Shown here piece after piece: positions 63,594-64,000 of a stretch of 64,000 bases of DNA. The notes beneath the pieces are model-generated. The model was given only the letters and a program-made list of their open reading frames with translations, did no database searches and was not told where the DNA came from. Every line of letters begins with the position of its first letter. The stretch's first letter is position 1. The stretch covers positions 57,352,001 through 57,416,000 of the forward strand of contig NC_045696.1 of assembly GCF_009834535.1 (NCBI RefSeq), written 5' to 3'. Both the position numbers and the translations under genes were made by a program. Source of the DNA: Camelus ferus. Its lineage: Eukaryota.

Positions 63594-64000
63594 AAGTATA
63601 GATACATTTTTAAGTTTAAAATAAAAGTGTAATATTGATGCATAGTTCATTCCTTCTGATTTCTAAGCAGTATTCCATTGTGTGGATATACCATGGTTTG
63701 TTTAAATATCCTCCTGCTGATAGACATGTGAGGTGTTTCTAGTTTTTGGTTATTACAAGAAAAGCTGCTATGAACACGCACATACAAGTCTATGTGGTCA
63801 TATGCTTTCATTTCTTACAGATGTCGCTTTAAAGTTAATATGCTTTTCAAAGTCAAATTAATTGTCCTAAAAATAATTAAGCAGTTTCTTAACACAGATG
63901 CAAATATTAAAGGAAAATGATGTTTCAGCACTTGGTTCAGTTATTAGGAAGTTTCTAAATATGTACTGGAAAAACCTGAGTACATGAATCTATTTTTTTC

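Noticed and set aside
1..64000. CRISPR arrays, operons, or intact retroviral or L1 ORFs
   Set aside because: None seen; the sequence is mammalian and all retroelement ORFs are truncated or decayed. The near-uniform antisense orientation of the intronic L1s is the expected bias.

Overview
Mammalian genomic DNA, probably from a camelid (inferred from a Vic-1-like tRNA-derived SINE and the L1 3' ends). It is not a microbial accessory region. Two genes lie head-to-tail on the minus strand. (1) The 3' part of GOLGB1 (giantin) has 17 coding exons from 61887 down to 12288, equivalent to human exons 6-22 counted back from the last. All have GT-AG boundaries and compatible phases, and a 3'UTR runs to an AATAAA at about 11062. 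(2) About 2.5 kb downstream is the 5' end of HCLS1 (HS1): ETS/AP-1-motif promoter, non-coding exon 1 and coding exons 2-3. The rest is intronic repeat (L1 of several ages, L2, MIR, MLT LTRs, MER DNA elements, microsatellites). Repeat names and comparisons with human sequence are from memory, not from a search. I see no evidence of a wholly new biological system. Best leads: three +1 frameshifts in GOLGB1, one removing the tail anchor (most likely assembly errors); a 76-nt exon-like segment that would act as a poison exon; a phase-compatible GOLGB1-HCLS1 read-through fusion; and a tandem L1 pair from different subfamilies that share a target site and 5' breakpoint.
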